A stretch of DNA of 64,000 bases from Schmidtea polychroa (lineage: Eukaryota), in contig CM097885.1 of NCBI GenBank assembly GCA_044892525.1, positions 7,070,001 through 7,134,000 of the forward strand. The letters are read 5' to 3'. The stretch's first letter is position 1. The number at the start of each line of letters is the position of its first letter. Below are positions 45,729 through 59,775 of the stretch, piece by piece. A model generated the notes under the pieces. The model searched no databases, was not told the origin of the DNA, and saw only the letters and a program-made list of their open reading frames with translations. Position numbers and translations under genes: made by a program.

Positions 45729-48700
45729 TAGTGGCCTGCCGAACTTCGATTTGAACTTCGATTCGGACCAAAGTTCAAACACTTCGGAAACTTCGGACTT
45801 CGGCAATAGACCCTGTACGATCCAAATAGTGAAATTTTGCTTGAGCGATAATAAATTATTATTGTTCCGTGATTATTTACATTAAAATTAATGGCGACAC
45901 CCAAACAATGAAAGTAAATAAAATCTTAGTTGTTGTTGTTCATTTTTCTTTACTATCGATTTTCCTTTCTACGGCTATGTCATACGAACACTGACAAGTC
46001 TAGCCTAGCCGTGGCTGTGTCGCTGTGTACACAATAGCCGTTCATGTTCATGCATCTCTATTCTCTACACTATAGCAGCCCTATACGTCAATCTCTGACT
46101 ATTCTTAGCATAATCTCGATTGATTCGAGCCACGATATCGGGGGGCAGGCGCTTGAATAGGCATGGCTTGCGAGGCTGAGGCTACTGTAATACCACAATC
46201 AATTACCGATCGCAATCTAATAGGCCTAATAATAATTTTACTCTGTACGAAATTTATTGCTTGGGCACTATTAGACTTGACTACTGTCAAGAGAGAAATA
46301 CCACATAATCTACACATTTAAATTAATGTTGAGCACATTTAAATTTATTATGTCATCTATCGTCTCTGTATGTTGACTCTTCAATCTTATTGCATGCCTG
46401 ATGGAAGCAGCACAAGATGCCACGCGCGTGTATGCAGTTCAACCGAGTGCATATGTCAATGTCATGCACGATGATTTTCGTATACCGTACCTATCGACTT
46501 TATCGACAATAATACTTATTATAAAATTATATAGAAATAATTGTGTCATTTTTCTGTCATAAAATTGTGTGTTTATTCATTAGGTAAAATATTAGACTGA
46601 GCAGAACTGCCAGTTGAGCATCCGATTCACTTTCCACATCATCACATGCGAAAATCTCCATAGCTCCATACCCCTCCCCAGTGTACATAATATATATAAA
46701 AGCCCATCAAATTTGAAATCGAAAATTTTAAATATATTTCTTCAACAAAATTAATAAATTAGATTTAAATATTAAAAATAAATGAAATTAAATAAATATG
46801 GCTAATGCTATGAGAAGTAAAATTTGGAATTTCTTTGAAATCAACGCTGTGGATGAATCTTTTGCTAACTGTGGGACATGTAGAATGAAAATGAAACGTG
46901 GCGGCAAGGATCCAAGATCATACGGAACAACAACATTAATCAACCACCTACGTTCTAAACATCCGGACAAGTACAAAGAATATTCACAGGCGTGTGATTC
47001 TGCAAAGAAACGACAAGCTGAAGAGGAAGAAAATCAACTCAATGCCGCAGCTAAGAAGCCAAAGCTACAAACTCTGGATGCATGTATTGAACGTACACGT
47101 CCATTTGAATCGGGCCATCCTCGTCAGATCCTCATAACGAAACTAATTGGTGAGATGATAGCCTTGGATAGTCAGCCATTTTCGATTGTCAGTGACGAAG
47201 GATTCCAACGTGTTCTGCATCAATTGGTGCCCAGATACGTCATTCCAGACGAGACTTATTTCTCAAGAACAATCATACCGGACATGTTTGCTGCAGTGAA
47301 GTCGAAAGTCAAGAATCTCATCGGAGATGCTAAACTTCTGTGCTTCACGAGTGATGTGTGGACAACCACCAACAGCCTAAATGGATTCCTCTCTTTGACA
47401 GCACACTGGATCGACAACAATTGGGAACGCAAATTTGTGGTGCTGGCACTTCGAGGAATCAACGGACATCACACCGGTAAGCTGATTGGAGATACCATAT
47501 TGGAATTGTTGAATGAATGGGACATTGATGCAGGCAGACGTGGAACCTTCGTTCGCGATAACGGGTCAAGCATGGTGAAGGCCGCTAGTGTTGCAGGCTT
47601 ATCAGATCTAGGCTGCTACATACACACGATTCAGTTAGTTGGGTGCAGGATTAAAGAAGACGCAAAAGGCTGTCATTGATGCAGTTGCAGCTTCCCGCAA
47701 CATTGTAACCCACTTCCGGCATTCACCATTAGCCAATGATCGACTGGAAGAGATTCAAAATTCTTTTCAGCCGGATGCTGCCGGAAACCCATATCCCGTC
47801 CACCGCCTGATACAAGATGTACAGACAAGGAGGAACTCCACGTTTTATATGTTGGAACGTTTGATCGAACAGAGAAAAGCAATAGCTCTCTATCTCCAAG
47901 ACAACGAAGTCACCAATCTGACAAACAATCAGTGGAAATTAATCGAAAGGGTCGTGTCGACATTGCGTCCATTTGAAGAGGAAACGCGGAATGCTAGTTT
48001 GTCAACTGCAACAAGTGGAATGATTATTCCAAGTGTGCGTGTACTTCAGGCAGTTTTGACGAGACCAGCAAAGGAGGGTGACGACCTCTGCATTCAAACA
48101 ATGCGTGCTGAAATGCTTGCGGATCTCAGCCGCAGGTATGCTAACGTTGAAAATATCTACTGCTTTGGATCTAGTGTACAAGCTTCGTCTCTTTAACGCG
48201 AATGCAATGAATGCTGTATCGTCGACGGACAACTCGCGTGATGAAGTGCCAGCAGGCCCAACACCTTCCACATCATCTTCATCAGCCACATCTGCTTTGG
48301 ATAGCTACTACGACGACATGCTTGGAGCTACACAATCCAACTTTACAGATTCCGGTAATCTCCAACAACAGCTCGATGCATATTTAACGGAAGCGTGCAA
48401 CCAACGACACTCACCTCCAAAAGATCCAATAGAATATTGGAAATCAAGGCAATACACATATCCTCAACTTGCACTGGTCGCCAAACAATTCTGTGCTTCT
48501 CCTCCTTCCAGCGTGGATAGTGAAAGAACCTTCAGTTTGGCTGGTCTTATATGCGATGACCGTCGATCAAAGTTAACACCAGCAAAAACTGAGATGCTTC
48601 TATTTTTAATGAAAAATCTCGATGTGGTCCGTTTTGACTACTAATAAACTAATGAATTCTATTAACTCATCGGACAAGATATATATATTTATATAAACAC

Positions 48701-49117
48701 ATGTATTTTTTTATTTTTTCGTTTCACGTTACTTTGCTTGTTGCTAACAGATCTATGTTATATAATTTACATCCATGTTTCAAAAGACAACAAAATGAAC
48801 ACTTCTCAATATCTTGTATTATCACCCATTGTATAATTTTTTTAGTTTTATTGATATGATTCATTTTATTAATTATTAATAAAAATAATATCAAAATTAG
48901 CAATAATGTTACATTTTTTAAATAACTGTTGATAATAAAAGGTAGTTATTACAATTTATTATAATTTTGGTTAGCGTTGATTCCTTTCTTGGTATAATAT
49001 GCGTCTTGAATCGCCGTAGGTCATTGCAGTAGGTACAGGTCCGTAAATTATTTTCGCGCACCAGACATTTGATTCGACTTCGGACTTCGGCAAAAAAGTC
49101 ACTTCGGCAGGCCCCTG
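45729..49117 (+). mobile_element. hAT (Ac/ZBED-like) transposon
   Basis: TIRs tagtggcctgccgaa / complement caggggcctgccgaa (13/15); subterminal acttcgg repeats at both ends; TSD not recognisable. Confidence 0.85.
46798..48644 (+). pseudogene. BED-finger hAT transposase (ZBED1/ZBED4-like), two frameshifts
   Basis: SKIWNFF..CGTC..GTTTLINHLRSKH (BED), FTSDVWT (D), VRDNGSSM (D), CYIHTIQL, TRRNST (W of TRWNS lost), PPSSVDSERTFS (E, hATC); split over ORFs 46798, 47639 and 48078. Confidence 0.92.
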
Positions 49118-52100
49118 CTTTTGATCCTGATTTTTCTAGAATTGACGAGCTGTTTTGTTAAATAACTTGCAGCAAAAACAAAAAACCGTATATTTTATAG
49201 TTGAATATATCAACTGTGAACGGTATACTTCTTCACCATTGGCTAGTTTTCCCTTATAGTGAATTGGAGAAAATCTTCGATTTTTGGAATCTTTTGGAAA
49301 ATTATGTGTAATAATTTGATTTGTTGAATTTTGTAATAAAATCTGACGAAAATTATCATTACAATAGTCAGCCCAGTTTTATGGGTCATTGTAATCTACA
49401 TAATTAATCCTGGCACTGGTACTGGATTTAATTTCATGTGAACTTTCGGTTTGCATCAAAATATCAAACTATGAAACACCTTCTCTTTTATTTTCTTCTT
49501 TTTATGAAATACCTTCATCCGCGTGATCTGACATATTTTGTTGTACATCTGATTGTCCTACACATCTATCCAAGTCGCTGTTGGCTGAAACATCAAGACT
49601 TGATTTGAAACACTTTAACAGTCAACCACTTTCATTCGCACGCTCTTCAGCTCTGAGAGTTTTGCGCTTACGAATTTGAAATCCGGATGGCTTTTTTGAT
49701 GACATTTTAAAAGCACTAATGTCCCAATATAAATAATATTTAATTATTTTAATACAACAAATTAATATTTGCTATTAAACTTACCAGCAAAGAAGTGTTT
49801 AATGCTTTGTCGTATGAAGGATAACAAAATCAAATTTACTGCACGTAACTTCACTGACTCAATTATTTTTCTAATAATGCACAAAATTACACTTATCAGT
49901 AAACCTGTAATTATCAATAAACTATAACTGTTGTGTGTTTACTGCGACTGTTTGTATTTCGCTGTGTGCGATACAAATTGTGATACACAAACAATAACGG
50001 TTCTCGGCAGAATTAAAAATCAAAATGGCTCAGAACGCCGCGTCATGCGCTGGAGCGATCTCTAAATCAACATTAAAATTAGTTTACCATCTGTAATGTT
50101 CGAAATTAAAAGGTTTATATTAAATACAATAATTATCTAATTATATTACCCTGTGCCTAATTAATAATTGCGATTTCACATTTTATCACCCCTCTCTGGA
50201 TAGCGCCCTAGGGACCGCCTAGTTTGCCTTAATAGTAGCGCCGGCTCTGCTCGACCAACTCCTGTGCCCGTGTGGATCCACCGACGCAACTCGATAACCT
50301 GCTGTGTCTGCTCTGGGATCGTGATCTTGCGATCACGAATGATTCCTTGCTCCTCCACTCGAGCCTTCTGCGCTTCCTAACCAAAACCTCGCTGTGTAGC
50401 GCGTCACGTCCTGGCGAAATTTACCCATTGAACCCATGCTGCACTTAATTCTTGTTTAAATGAACTTGAAACTCCAGCGATATTGATTTCATTGCCTGAG
50501 CACCAGCAGCAGATCTGACTATATCCGAATAACTAGATAAGTTATTCTAATCTCATATTTATTTTTAATCAGGAGAAATATCAAATTTATCATTGTTATA
50601 AACTTTAATTTATTTCTTAGCCAATTAAAAATGCAAGATAAATATAACTAAATAAAACTTATCCAAATGTCATGAATCTAATCAATGTAACCATGACAGC
50701 TGCCATGTTGGTGCTGTATATTGTCATTGGGAGCAAGGAGGGAGGTGAGCTGCTGTCTTACACCTACTCGCCCCATCATGCTCTCTGCGGGTCCATTACT
50801 GCCGCTCCCCGTCTTGATCAATGATATCAGTGCGGTATGAATTGCAGCTTTGTTATAATTAATAAAGAGAAACGCGTGATTGATTAGCAAATATGTTCTA
50901 TTTTCTATAACAGCTGTTTTATTTGTTTGAATATTCAAATATTTAAATATTGAACATGATTTAAATGAAAATTCCCGCTTGGTCAAGTTGTTGCCCAGCC
51001 AAAACGAAATCCGAAGTTTCAAGCGCGAAATACATCAAATGAAAAGCAGAAATTTCGATGCCTGCTTCGGTTGAGAATGAAATTTACCATTGGATTGATT
51101 TTGATAATGCATCAGATAATTCCAATGTTCCTTTCAATGATTCTATTTTTAATTAATGTTATAAATGATGTTCTACTTATTGTGAATTGGGCTGATAATT
51201 GGGTTTTACTGGTTTCAGGAAATGATTTGCCCAATAAATAAGGTTTCTAGTAAACTAAATAATTCTAATCAACCTATAATAAAACAACAACAGAAAATTG
51301 AAGCGTGCACTTTTAAACATTTTAATGAGTTTTTAATTTAATTAATTTAAAACATCGTATAACAGGCATTTACCAAATAAACAATTGACTTCATGTTACG
51401 CACAAAACAGGATGTACAGTAAGAACATATTCATAATATATTATGAAGAACAGCTAAACAACAATCGAATTTCGTTTGTAATGTCAATAATGTTAATTTC
51501 GTAACTAGAAATTTATTGCATCTCATCACGTCCTTCTGACTGGCTGCACGTGCTAAACTTGTCATGATTTTTGTTTTTTATGGTCGGTCGGGCCCCACAG
51601 CACGGCTATATCAGCTATCACAGTAGTTGCACCACTCATTCCTGATTGATGTTAACGCCGCTGCCTCCAAATATCATTCGTCTATATTCACGATCAATAT
51701 CTAACTCACTCTCTTCTAGTCTAAACTCTTTCTTGGCATATATTTTCTGCGTCTCAGTGAACAATTCCTGGGTTTCATAGTGTCATACGATTCTATCTCA
51801 ACTCACTCTGAAATTCAAAACTAAATTTTAGTTTCATTTTTATATCATTAAAAAACAAAATTCGGAATTTTTGGTCATGATATGAGTTCGTTTCGTAACC
51901 TAAATGTTTCACTTCTCTCAATGCATGTGACCTGCTCTAGTGAAAATTATTAATTGTATGAATTCAAGGAAGTAAAATGTAAAAATTAAAGAAATTTGCA
52001 TATCGATTTACCAAACATAAATATAAAATCCATAAATAAAATCCTTACTGTTGGATGCGCATGAATGAATCTCGTGTTTTTCTTTAATTGATCTCTTAGA

Positions 52101-53237
52101 TTCTGGTGGTTATTAATTATGGTTTGTTGGATTGTTTACTTAACTTATAAATGACATTTGGGCACATTTCATTTTGTAGTCAAAATCTTTTTAAAAATTT
52201 GCTATTAAAAAATTCTTATCAAAAACATTTTCAATAACAATATTGATTTAAATAATTTTCTTGGATTTAAAAAAAAATATTAATGTTATTTTTTTACAAA
52301 ATTTTGGAAATTAAGTTACAAATAAATTCGAAAAACACTGAAAAATTAACATTAAAAAACCAATATTTATAAAATATCTGTTTATCTATAAAAACATTTT
52401 AAATATAGAAATTTCAAAATTAAGAGGAAATAACTATTATTTATAATTATGATTTATGAATGTTTTAATAATTTATTTATTTTCACAAATATTGATTTGA
52501 AACATTCGAGTCTGACAAAATATTTCGACTTTTAACATTTTCACATATTAGGTTTATTGATTTATTTATTTTACTCTATTCTAACTTTTCGATCATTGAA
52601 ATATCCTTATCCAATTGTGGATCATTCCCAATATTTATAACCATAACGAGATCATTAGATCAAAGGCTAAAACCCCACAATTCCTGAATACATTATTAAC
52701 CTGCTTAGCGTTACAGAGTAAAATTTTATTCATATCATTTTTTTTAAAAATTGAATGAAAATTTTTTGTTATTTTGTTAAAAAGTATTTGAATTAAAAAT
52801 ATTGATTTTTTGTTAAATTTCTATTTTTGCTCTGATGATTTTGAATTTCTTTCTAATCTGTTCAAATAAATTCTAAATTTAGATAAAATTTTTTAAATTT
52901 TTATGAAAAATATTAATTTTTATATTTTGACCTATTTTTAATTTTGATTTTCTCTTTAAAAAAGTTATTTAAATTTCCATCAAAATTTTACTTTTTGTTA
53001 TCAAATTTTAATTTAAATAATTTTGTAAGATTTAAAATAAAAAAACAATGAAAATTAACATTAATAAAATTTCGAATTACACTCAAAGCTAAAATACAAT
53101 ATTTATAAATTGTTTGTTTATCTACATTAAAATACAAATTATAAATATTGAAATTGTAAACGTCAGAAATAATTAATATAATAAGTATAATTTGTGAAAA
53201 TTGTAAAATGTTGAAAATTTTGTTTATTTTAGATAAA

Positions 53238-54733
53238 ATGTTTTCAAGCGTATGGGAAATGATGAAGAGAAATAAATTTGAATTTGATAATGAAATCAGC
53301 AATGATTTGATGTGCAGAATTTGCAAATGTTTAATGATAAAAGCTTGCCAAGCTCCTTGCGGGTGTCACTTTTGTTCTGATTGCATTGAGCATTATTTGG
53401 AAGGAAAAGATAAATTCTGTCCAGGAGCAGCAAAATATTGTGAAGTTCTAACGATTCTTTTCACTAAAGATGTTTCTGTGGATCATTCAGTGAATTTAAA
53501 AATATCTGAAGTTATTGTAAAATGTCCAATGCAAAATTGTGAATTCAAAACCGAGTTGTGCATGATGGAGAGCCATATGAGAACATGCAACAAGCAGCCA
53601 ATCAGATGCCCATTCAATAGAATTGGATGTGAAATGAATGAGGTGGTAAAAGACAAATTGAAAGCCCATCTCAATGAGAACAATGAAGGCCACAGCAAAT
53701 TATTGATTGATCAGATCAGTAATTTATGCAATGAGATGCAAGCAATGAGAGATGAGAATATGAAATTGCGTAACGAAATTATCGAATTGAAAGGAGAAAT
53801 GACGCAATTCAAACAACAATTTGATAATATCAATGTATATTTTATTTGTAATTGATTTAATTGATATTTATGATTGTAGGTGAAATTGTGCAATATTGAA
53901 AGGAAAGAGGTGGAGAACAGAGAGGAAATAGAAGAATTGAATGAGGAAATGGTTGCAGTGAAGAATGAGAATCGCTCATTGAGAATGGAGATGGAGACAA
54001 ATATTGGATCAATCAATCAAGTTTGATTATTGATTTGATTTGTTATTGAATTTTCATTGATGCAAAGCAGATCAGACAGCAAATTGAGGTTATTGAATCA
54101 AGATATCAACAGCAAATTGATGAAATGAAAGAGAAATGCGACCAGCAGCTGCAACAGAAGAATGAAAAGGTGATTTATTGATTTACTGAAATGTTTGAAT
54201 TTGAGATTCAGTTGCAGCTTGAAATGGCGAAATGCGCCAATGATATTCGACCCATTAAAAGAAAATTACCAAATAAAAAATATATAAATTATGGATTTTT
54301 TGAATGGCAAATCGATAAATTATCACAACAAAAGGAAGATGAATCGATTTACAGCGAGGCATTTTATTCCGGGCCAATCGGTTACAAAATGTGCTTGGCG
54401 GTGTGGATTTGGGGTAATTTGTGTATTTCAGCTGGTTTCTGTTTCATGCGTGGGGTAAATGATGAGCAATTGGATTGGCCGTTCAAACAATTGGTGACAA
54501 TCGATGTGATCGATCCAGCAAATGGCAGCATTTATATGAGCAAGTCAATGACATTTATGAGCAAGTCAATGACATTTATGAGCAAGCCAATGACATTTAT
54601 GAGCAAGCGTAATGGATGGAGGAAACCGTCAAATGACAGAAATATTCCAATTTGGATTTATTTTGGTGATTACTCAATCAATAAATTAGCAGCCAAAAGT
54701 GATAAATTGCTGCTCAGGTGCAGAATTGAATAA
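53238..54733 (+). CDS. TRAF-family protein (RING, TRAF zinc finger, coiled coil, MATH), ~450 aa; exons 53238-53834, 53880-54020, 54071-54169, 54218 (or 54212)-54733
   Basis: CRIC..QAPCGCHFCSDC..CP RING; CPMQNC..H..C..CPFNRIGC zinc fingers; E/K/Q heptads; FEWQI..YSEAFYSGPIGYKMCL..MRGVNDEQLDWPF MATH; three ~45-50-nt phase-0 GT-AG introns; AATAAA at 54761. Confidence 0.9.
54536..54607 (+). repeat. In-frame 21-bp tandem repeat (3.4 units) inside the MATH domain
   Basis: atgagcaagtcaatgacattt x3 plus atgagcaag = MSKSMTF MSKSMTF MSKPMTF MSK. Confidence 0.95.
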
Positions 54734-56959
54734 TTACGAGAAAATTACAAAAAACATTTCAATAAAAATTGATTTATTTTGGATTTTATCAGATTTATTA
54801 TTTGCCTTGTGCTGGTGGATCAATTTGTCTGGATCAGTTATTGATGCATTTGCCCAATTATAAACTGATTGCAACATTATTGATGCTGTGGATCAGCTGT
54901 AACCGCATTTAATGCTGATTGGATCAAATCGGATCAGCATTTAATGAGCTTTGTGCAGATCCATTTATTGAGCTGTTTTGAATCAATTTTTATTGTTGCT
55001 CGTGATTTTGAATTGAAATATTTTGAAATTTTTACTTTTTCATTTTATATTCAAAATATTTATTTTCTATTTGGAATCATTTTTAATTTTTATTTTCTTT
55101 CCGATAAGTGAAATTTTTGCATTTTAATTTCCCCTCAATTGTTACGCTGCTTTGTTTACAAATTGAGATTTCAATTGCTATTTTATATTTCTCAACCAAT
55201 TTCCCTCAAATATCAATAATATCGGAATTGCCGCCACCAATAAATGAGAAAATCAATGAAAATTAGCATTATATTGATATGAAATTGAATTATTTATTGA
55301 ACAGCTGTCATTATGAGCATGCAACACACATCATCAGGGGATCTCACAATTGCTGTCATTATCTGATCTATTATATCAATGCGGATCAGATATTATGGCA
55401 GCCATGTTAGATTTCTATCAGATCATTTATTTGAATTTATTATAATAATATTGCAACTGAGCATTTCTTATAATTGAAGGTGAAAATGCATTTGATAGAA
55501 TCCCTTGAAGGCCAGCCAAATTATCATTATCATTATCGATAATTACAATTCCATATTTATAATAATGTTGCTAGGTTCAAGGCAGCAACCAAATTTACAC
55601 CTTTAGGAGTTCCTTGAAATCTCCATCACATTCCCAACAATAATATCCATAGAAACATTGAACATTTCAACATCAAAGCCTTCTGTAGAGTCACAAAATC
55701 TCTCATTTTCATTGAGTTTATCAAATATTTGAACGCTTTCATTTTACATTTTTTTATGTTTGTCTAATGTTCAAAATAAATGTTTTATTTAAATGTGTTT
55801 TTATGAAAAGAATTTTAAATAATTTTATATTAAAATGAAATCTCAATAAAGCAAAGCGAAAGAATATGGCTTATATATATATATTTGGCTTTACATATGT
55901 TTTTTGTAATTTATGTTTATTTTTATACTAATATTTATTTATTTTTACATTCAAATTTTTTAATTAATATTTGTTTTTTTATCAAAATACGAAATAAATG
56001 CAATTTAGGCAGAATTTATGTAGCAATAATATTTTACACCATTTCCAAATTAGATTTGTTATAAGCGGACAATTTCTACCTGATGACATTCATTTGACTG
56101 TCACTCTTTCATTTTACATTTCTTTATTTTTGTCCATTGTTAGTGAATTTTAGATAATTTTGTTTAAATGAGATCTGAATAAAATTTAATATTTGACTGT
56201 TTTGTGAGACCCCTTAAAGAATTTTGGTTTTTTTTGAACTAATTAAATTTTTTAGATTTTTTTATAATTATTAATTAAATATTATTTTTAAATTGATATT
56301 TATTTATTTTCTATAAAATTAAAATATTTTAATTAATATTTTTCCACTCAGGATTTTATTATTATAAAAACATCTTCATTGGCATTGAACTATAAATCTC
56401 CTTTAAATTACAATAGTAAAAATAGCCTATTAAAGCAATAAATTATCATAATTTAATCACAATGACTTACTCTAATGTAGAATCAATTTACAATAAAAAG
56501 ACAAATTGTTTAATGCTTTATTATGATAACATTGAAGGGCTGCTATGAATAAACTCAAAATTTGGAAAGATTTTGTCAAAGAAATAACGAAGTGGAAAAT
56601 TGAGATTTTTTAAAATATTTTATAGATTTTCAATATTTTGATTTATTGATTTATTGATTTATTGATTTGCATTGCTGGTTCAAATTAAGATTTGTTTTAT
56701 TTACTACATTTTCTATTTACCAAATAAAGCAAGCATTTCAATAATAAAACGACATCTCAAATAGAACGTGCAGAACCAAAGTGGTCACAGCGAAAACTTA
56801 TTGAACAGTCAGAATAGACATTTATTGCGATATTCGAGGTTTTGTGAATTGTATATTTAACGAATTTTATACATAAATATGTTGTTTTGTTTGTCTAAAT
56901 GTTTTTATAGAACACGTGCAGTCAGAAACAGCGACTTTAATATTTATTTAATTGAAAAC

Positions 56960-58994
56960 TCAACAGATTAAATGAAATGGGACAGTTTTGTTGATATAAA
57001 CTCTATCAACCAAATCCTGATGCAGAATTAGATTCAACACTTTCAAAGGTTTGCCACAAAATCATGGAGATAGTTGAGAAGGACAAAAGAAAACCATATC
57101 TCTCAAACATAACGAAAGAGGAACAAGCACTATTAAAATCCCTTTAAAAGAAACCATACGTTTACGTAACAAGTGACAAGGGGAGAATTTTGCATTATAG
57201 AGAAATTTTGTTACTGTGAAGCTGGTTATGAACACTTCGGCAACATCGAAACATACAAGAGAGTCAGCCGCATGTCACCAAACACCATCGAAATGACGAT
57301 TAACAAAGTATGGAAAGCCATTGCTTTGGAAATGAAGCTCAACAACAAAATAACCAACAGCTTCGTCACAAAGCATTCTGATCTTCCCAATTTCAACCAT
57401 CTAATTAAAATTCACAAAGAGGGTCCTGCTATCAAAATAAGACCTAAAGTGTCCAACACAAATGGATCAACATCTGAAACAAGTTGGCGCCTTGCAAAGA
57501 TCTTGAAACCATTATTTGACACGATACCACATCATTTTCAAAGCGGCGACTGCCTCATGACAAGATAAAATAATAACATAATTTCTCATAGAGAATTCAG
57601 ATACCCATTCAGTCTTGATGTCGTATCACTATACACATCTATCGATCCAAAAGATGCTATTCAATGTTTAGAAAAGAAATTTTAAAAAAATAAAAAAAAA
57701 TAAGAGAAAGCAACTTGTTAATAAAGGAAATGAATACCGAGAATACTGAGCAAAATATCTATAAACAAGCTAAAGGTCTGCCTATGGGTTCTAGCATATC
57801 AGGATTGCTAGCAATCATCTTTATGGATAACCTCGAACGACAGACACTGAGTACCATACAACCCATCGGTTTCTATGCAAGATATGTTGATGATATCTTC
57901 ATCACGACCAAAACCAGAAAAGAAGCGGAGGAAATATTTCATACATTCAATGCGGCTCACCGAGATATTAAGTTCGAAATCGAATATCCGGAAGAAGATG
58001 GATTAATCAATCTACTGGATTTAAAAATTAAAATAGAAGTAGATACTCCAGCATTCGGGTTTTACAGAAAATCCACTCGCAAAAAAATATTTATGCACCA
58101 AAGATCAGCGCTTCCATACTTAAAGAAAGTACACGTGCTATAAAACGAGAAACAAAGGATACCCAATCGATGTACTGAAGAAAACTAAAACTATAATCAA
58201 CAAATAAACTTCAATGAAATCCTATACAGAAACATATATCAAGGTAAGGACATTGAAAGAATGAATTCTACTCCAGAAATATCTAAGGAAATAACACACA
58301 AAATGAAAAAGAAATATTTTTATCTGAATATCCCATACATTAATTACATACTCGACTTCAAGATCCTAAATGAACTGAAACGCACTAGCCTTCCAATTCG
58401 TATACCACATAAATCTTGGACATTGAGAAAAGCTCTTGAAAAGAACACAAAAAAACAATTGCAAACGGAAAACTTTCAGACACCGAAAGATCTGTGCTTT
58501 CGAAAAAACATTGTCTATTGATTCACGTGCGATGTATAAAAGGAAATATACATTGGAAGCCCGCTCAGGACCTTGTACCAAAGAGTTAAAGAACATCTAG
58601 ATCCTTGTGGAAAATCCTCGGTATACAGATATCTCCAACAAAGTCAACCAAGAAATGAAAGAAAAAATAATTTAATCAAAATCTTAGCGGCTAAGACTTA
58701 GCCAATGGAAACATCACAAAAAATTTCAGATTTAAGGAAGCAATTCTCATAATAAACAGACGGCCAACTATCAACACTAAAGAAGAAATCATTGAAATCA
58801 TCAGTTTGATTTGTTGTTACTTACCTTGAGAAAAGTTTTTAAAAAATTAAATTAAAAATTAAAAATAATAATATAAAATAATATAGAAAAATAGATAAAA
58901 TATAATTTTAGAAGATCATTAGTATTTAAAAATCAAAATAGAAACATTTTTTTAAATATTTAAATTCCGTATATAAATAGTTATTGGAAACTAT
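56960..58994 (+). mobile_element. Penelope-like retroelement (RT plus C-terminal GIY-YIG), decayed
   Basis: SNITKEEQALLKSL..VTSDKG (PLE DKG motif), FSLDVVSLYTSI, KGLPMGSSIS, YARYVDDIF, NIVY..YIG..RTLYQRVKEH, FKEAILI..RPTIN; stops and frameshifts. Confidence 0.92.
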
Positions 58995-59438
58995 ATTTTA
59001 TAAATATTTTAAGATAGTATTTATTAAATTAGGTTTCTACGAGCTAATTATAGAAGCTTTAAAAATTTAAAAATTTTTCCTTGTTAGTCGTTTTGAATTT
59101 TAAAGGATATTTAATTAAAACATCTTTAGAAATTTTATATGCTTGAGAAAAAAGTTTATTATTATTATTGACCAATGAGAAGTAAAAAAAAGGAAATAAA
59201 AATTAAAGAGCTTTTTTGAAAATAAAAGAAGCTAAAATCCATGAAATTGAAAAGGACTATCTTATATTTGAAATTTTTTCATTTGTATTAAATATATTAT
59301 TCGTAGCAAAGGGCTTAAATTATCATTTAATTGTTTAAATTTTAATTAATGCTGCTACCAAGTAATCATCAATTTATAATTATCTCACTTGAATAAAATA
59401 AACAGTACAAGCTTTGTGATAACCAGTGCAAATCCCAA

Positions 59439-59478
59439 CAGTAGACTAGTTTAGAGCTTTTGGCTCTCATCAATACTA
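59439..59478 (-). ncRNA. Hammerhead motif (family B), core-mutated
   Basis: Minus: tagta-TTGATGA-gag(ccaaaag)ctc-TAAA-ctag-TC-tactg. Confidence 0.6.
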
Positions 59479-59775
59479 TCAAGATTTCTCTTTGCGCCAG
59501 GTAAGTATACAATATTGCTGATTCAACTCTATTGCATACTTTCCCCGGTACACTGGAAATCACATCATTTGCAAATTAGCTTGGTCACAAAAAATCTGTA
59601 AACTTGTAAGCATGGCCTATGAAAAATCATAATCACCTCTGCGGACTAAAAAATTAGTCGATACACAGAAACTGTTTACAAGTTCATCCGATTACTTTTA
59701 GCATTTTTAACTTATAAAATAATGTTGTAACATTTTTTGTCGGATGTCTCACTTGAAACTTTAACGTCTCCTACA

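Larger units (their letters stand above)
44949..50249 (-). mobile_element. Internally deleted Tip100/ZMYM1-like hAT hosting a nested Ac-like hAT
   Basis: Ends (a)agggccggcgcc / complement cagagccggcgct; minus-strand N-terminus MSSKKPSGFQIRKRK at ~49705, TTF remnant GKLANGEEVYRSQLIYS at ~49200, hATC VPNVVVSLRILLALAVSVASGERRFSKLELIK at ~45250-45345; TSD not matched. Confidence 0.7.

Noticed and set aside
45740..45810. Short acttcgg repeats as a CRISPR-like array
   Set aside because: Eukaryotic context with no constant repeat-spacer period; these are hAT subterminal repeats mirrored at 49070-49110.
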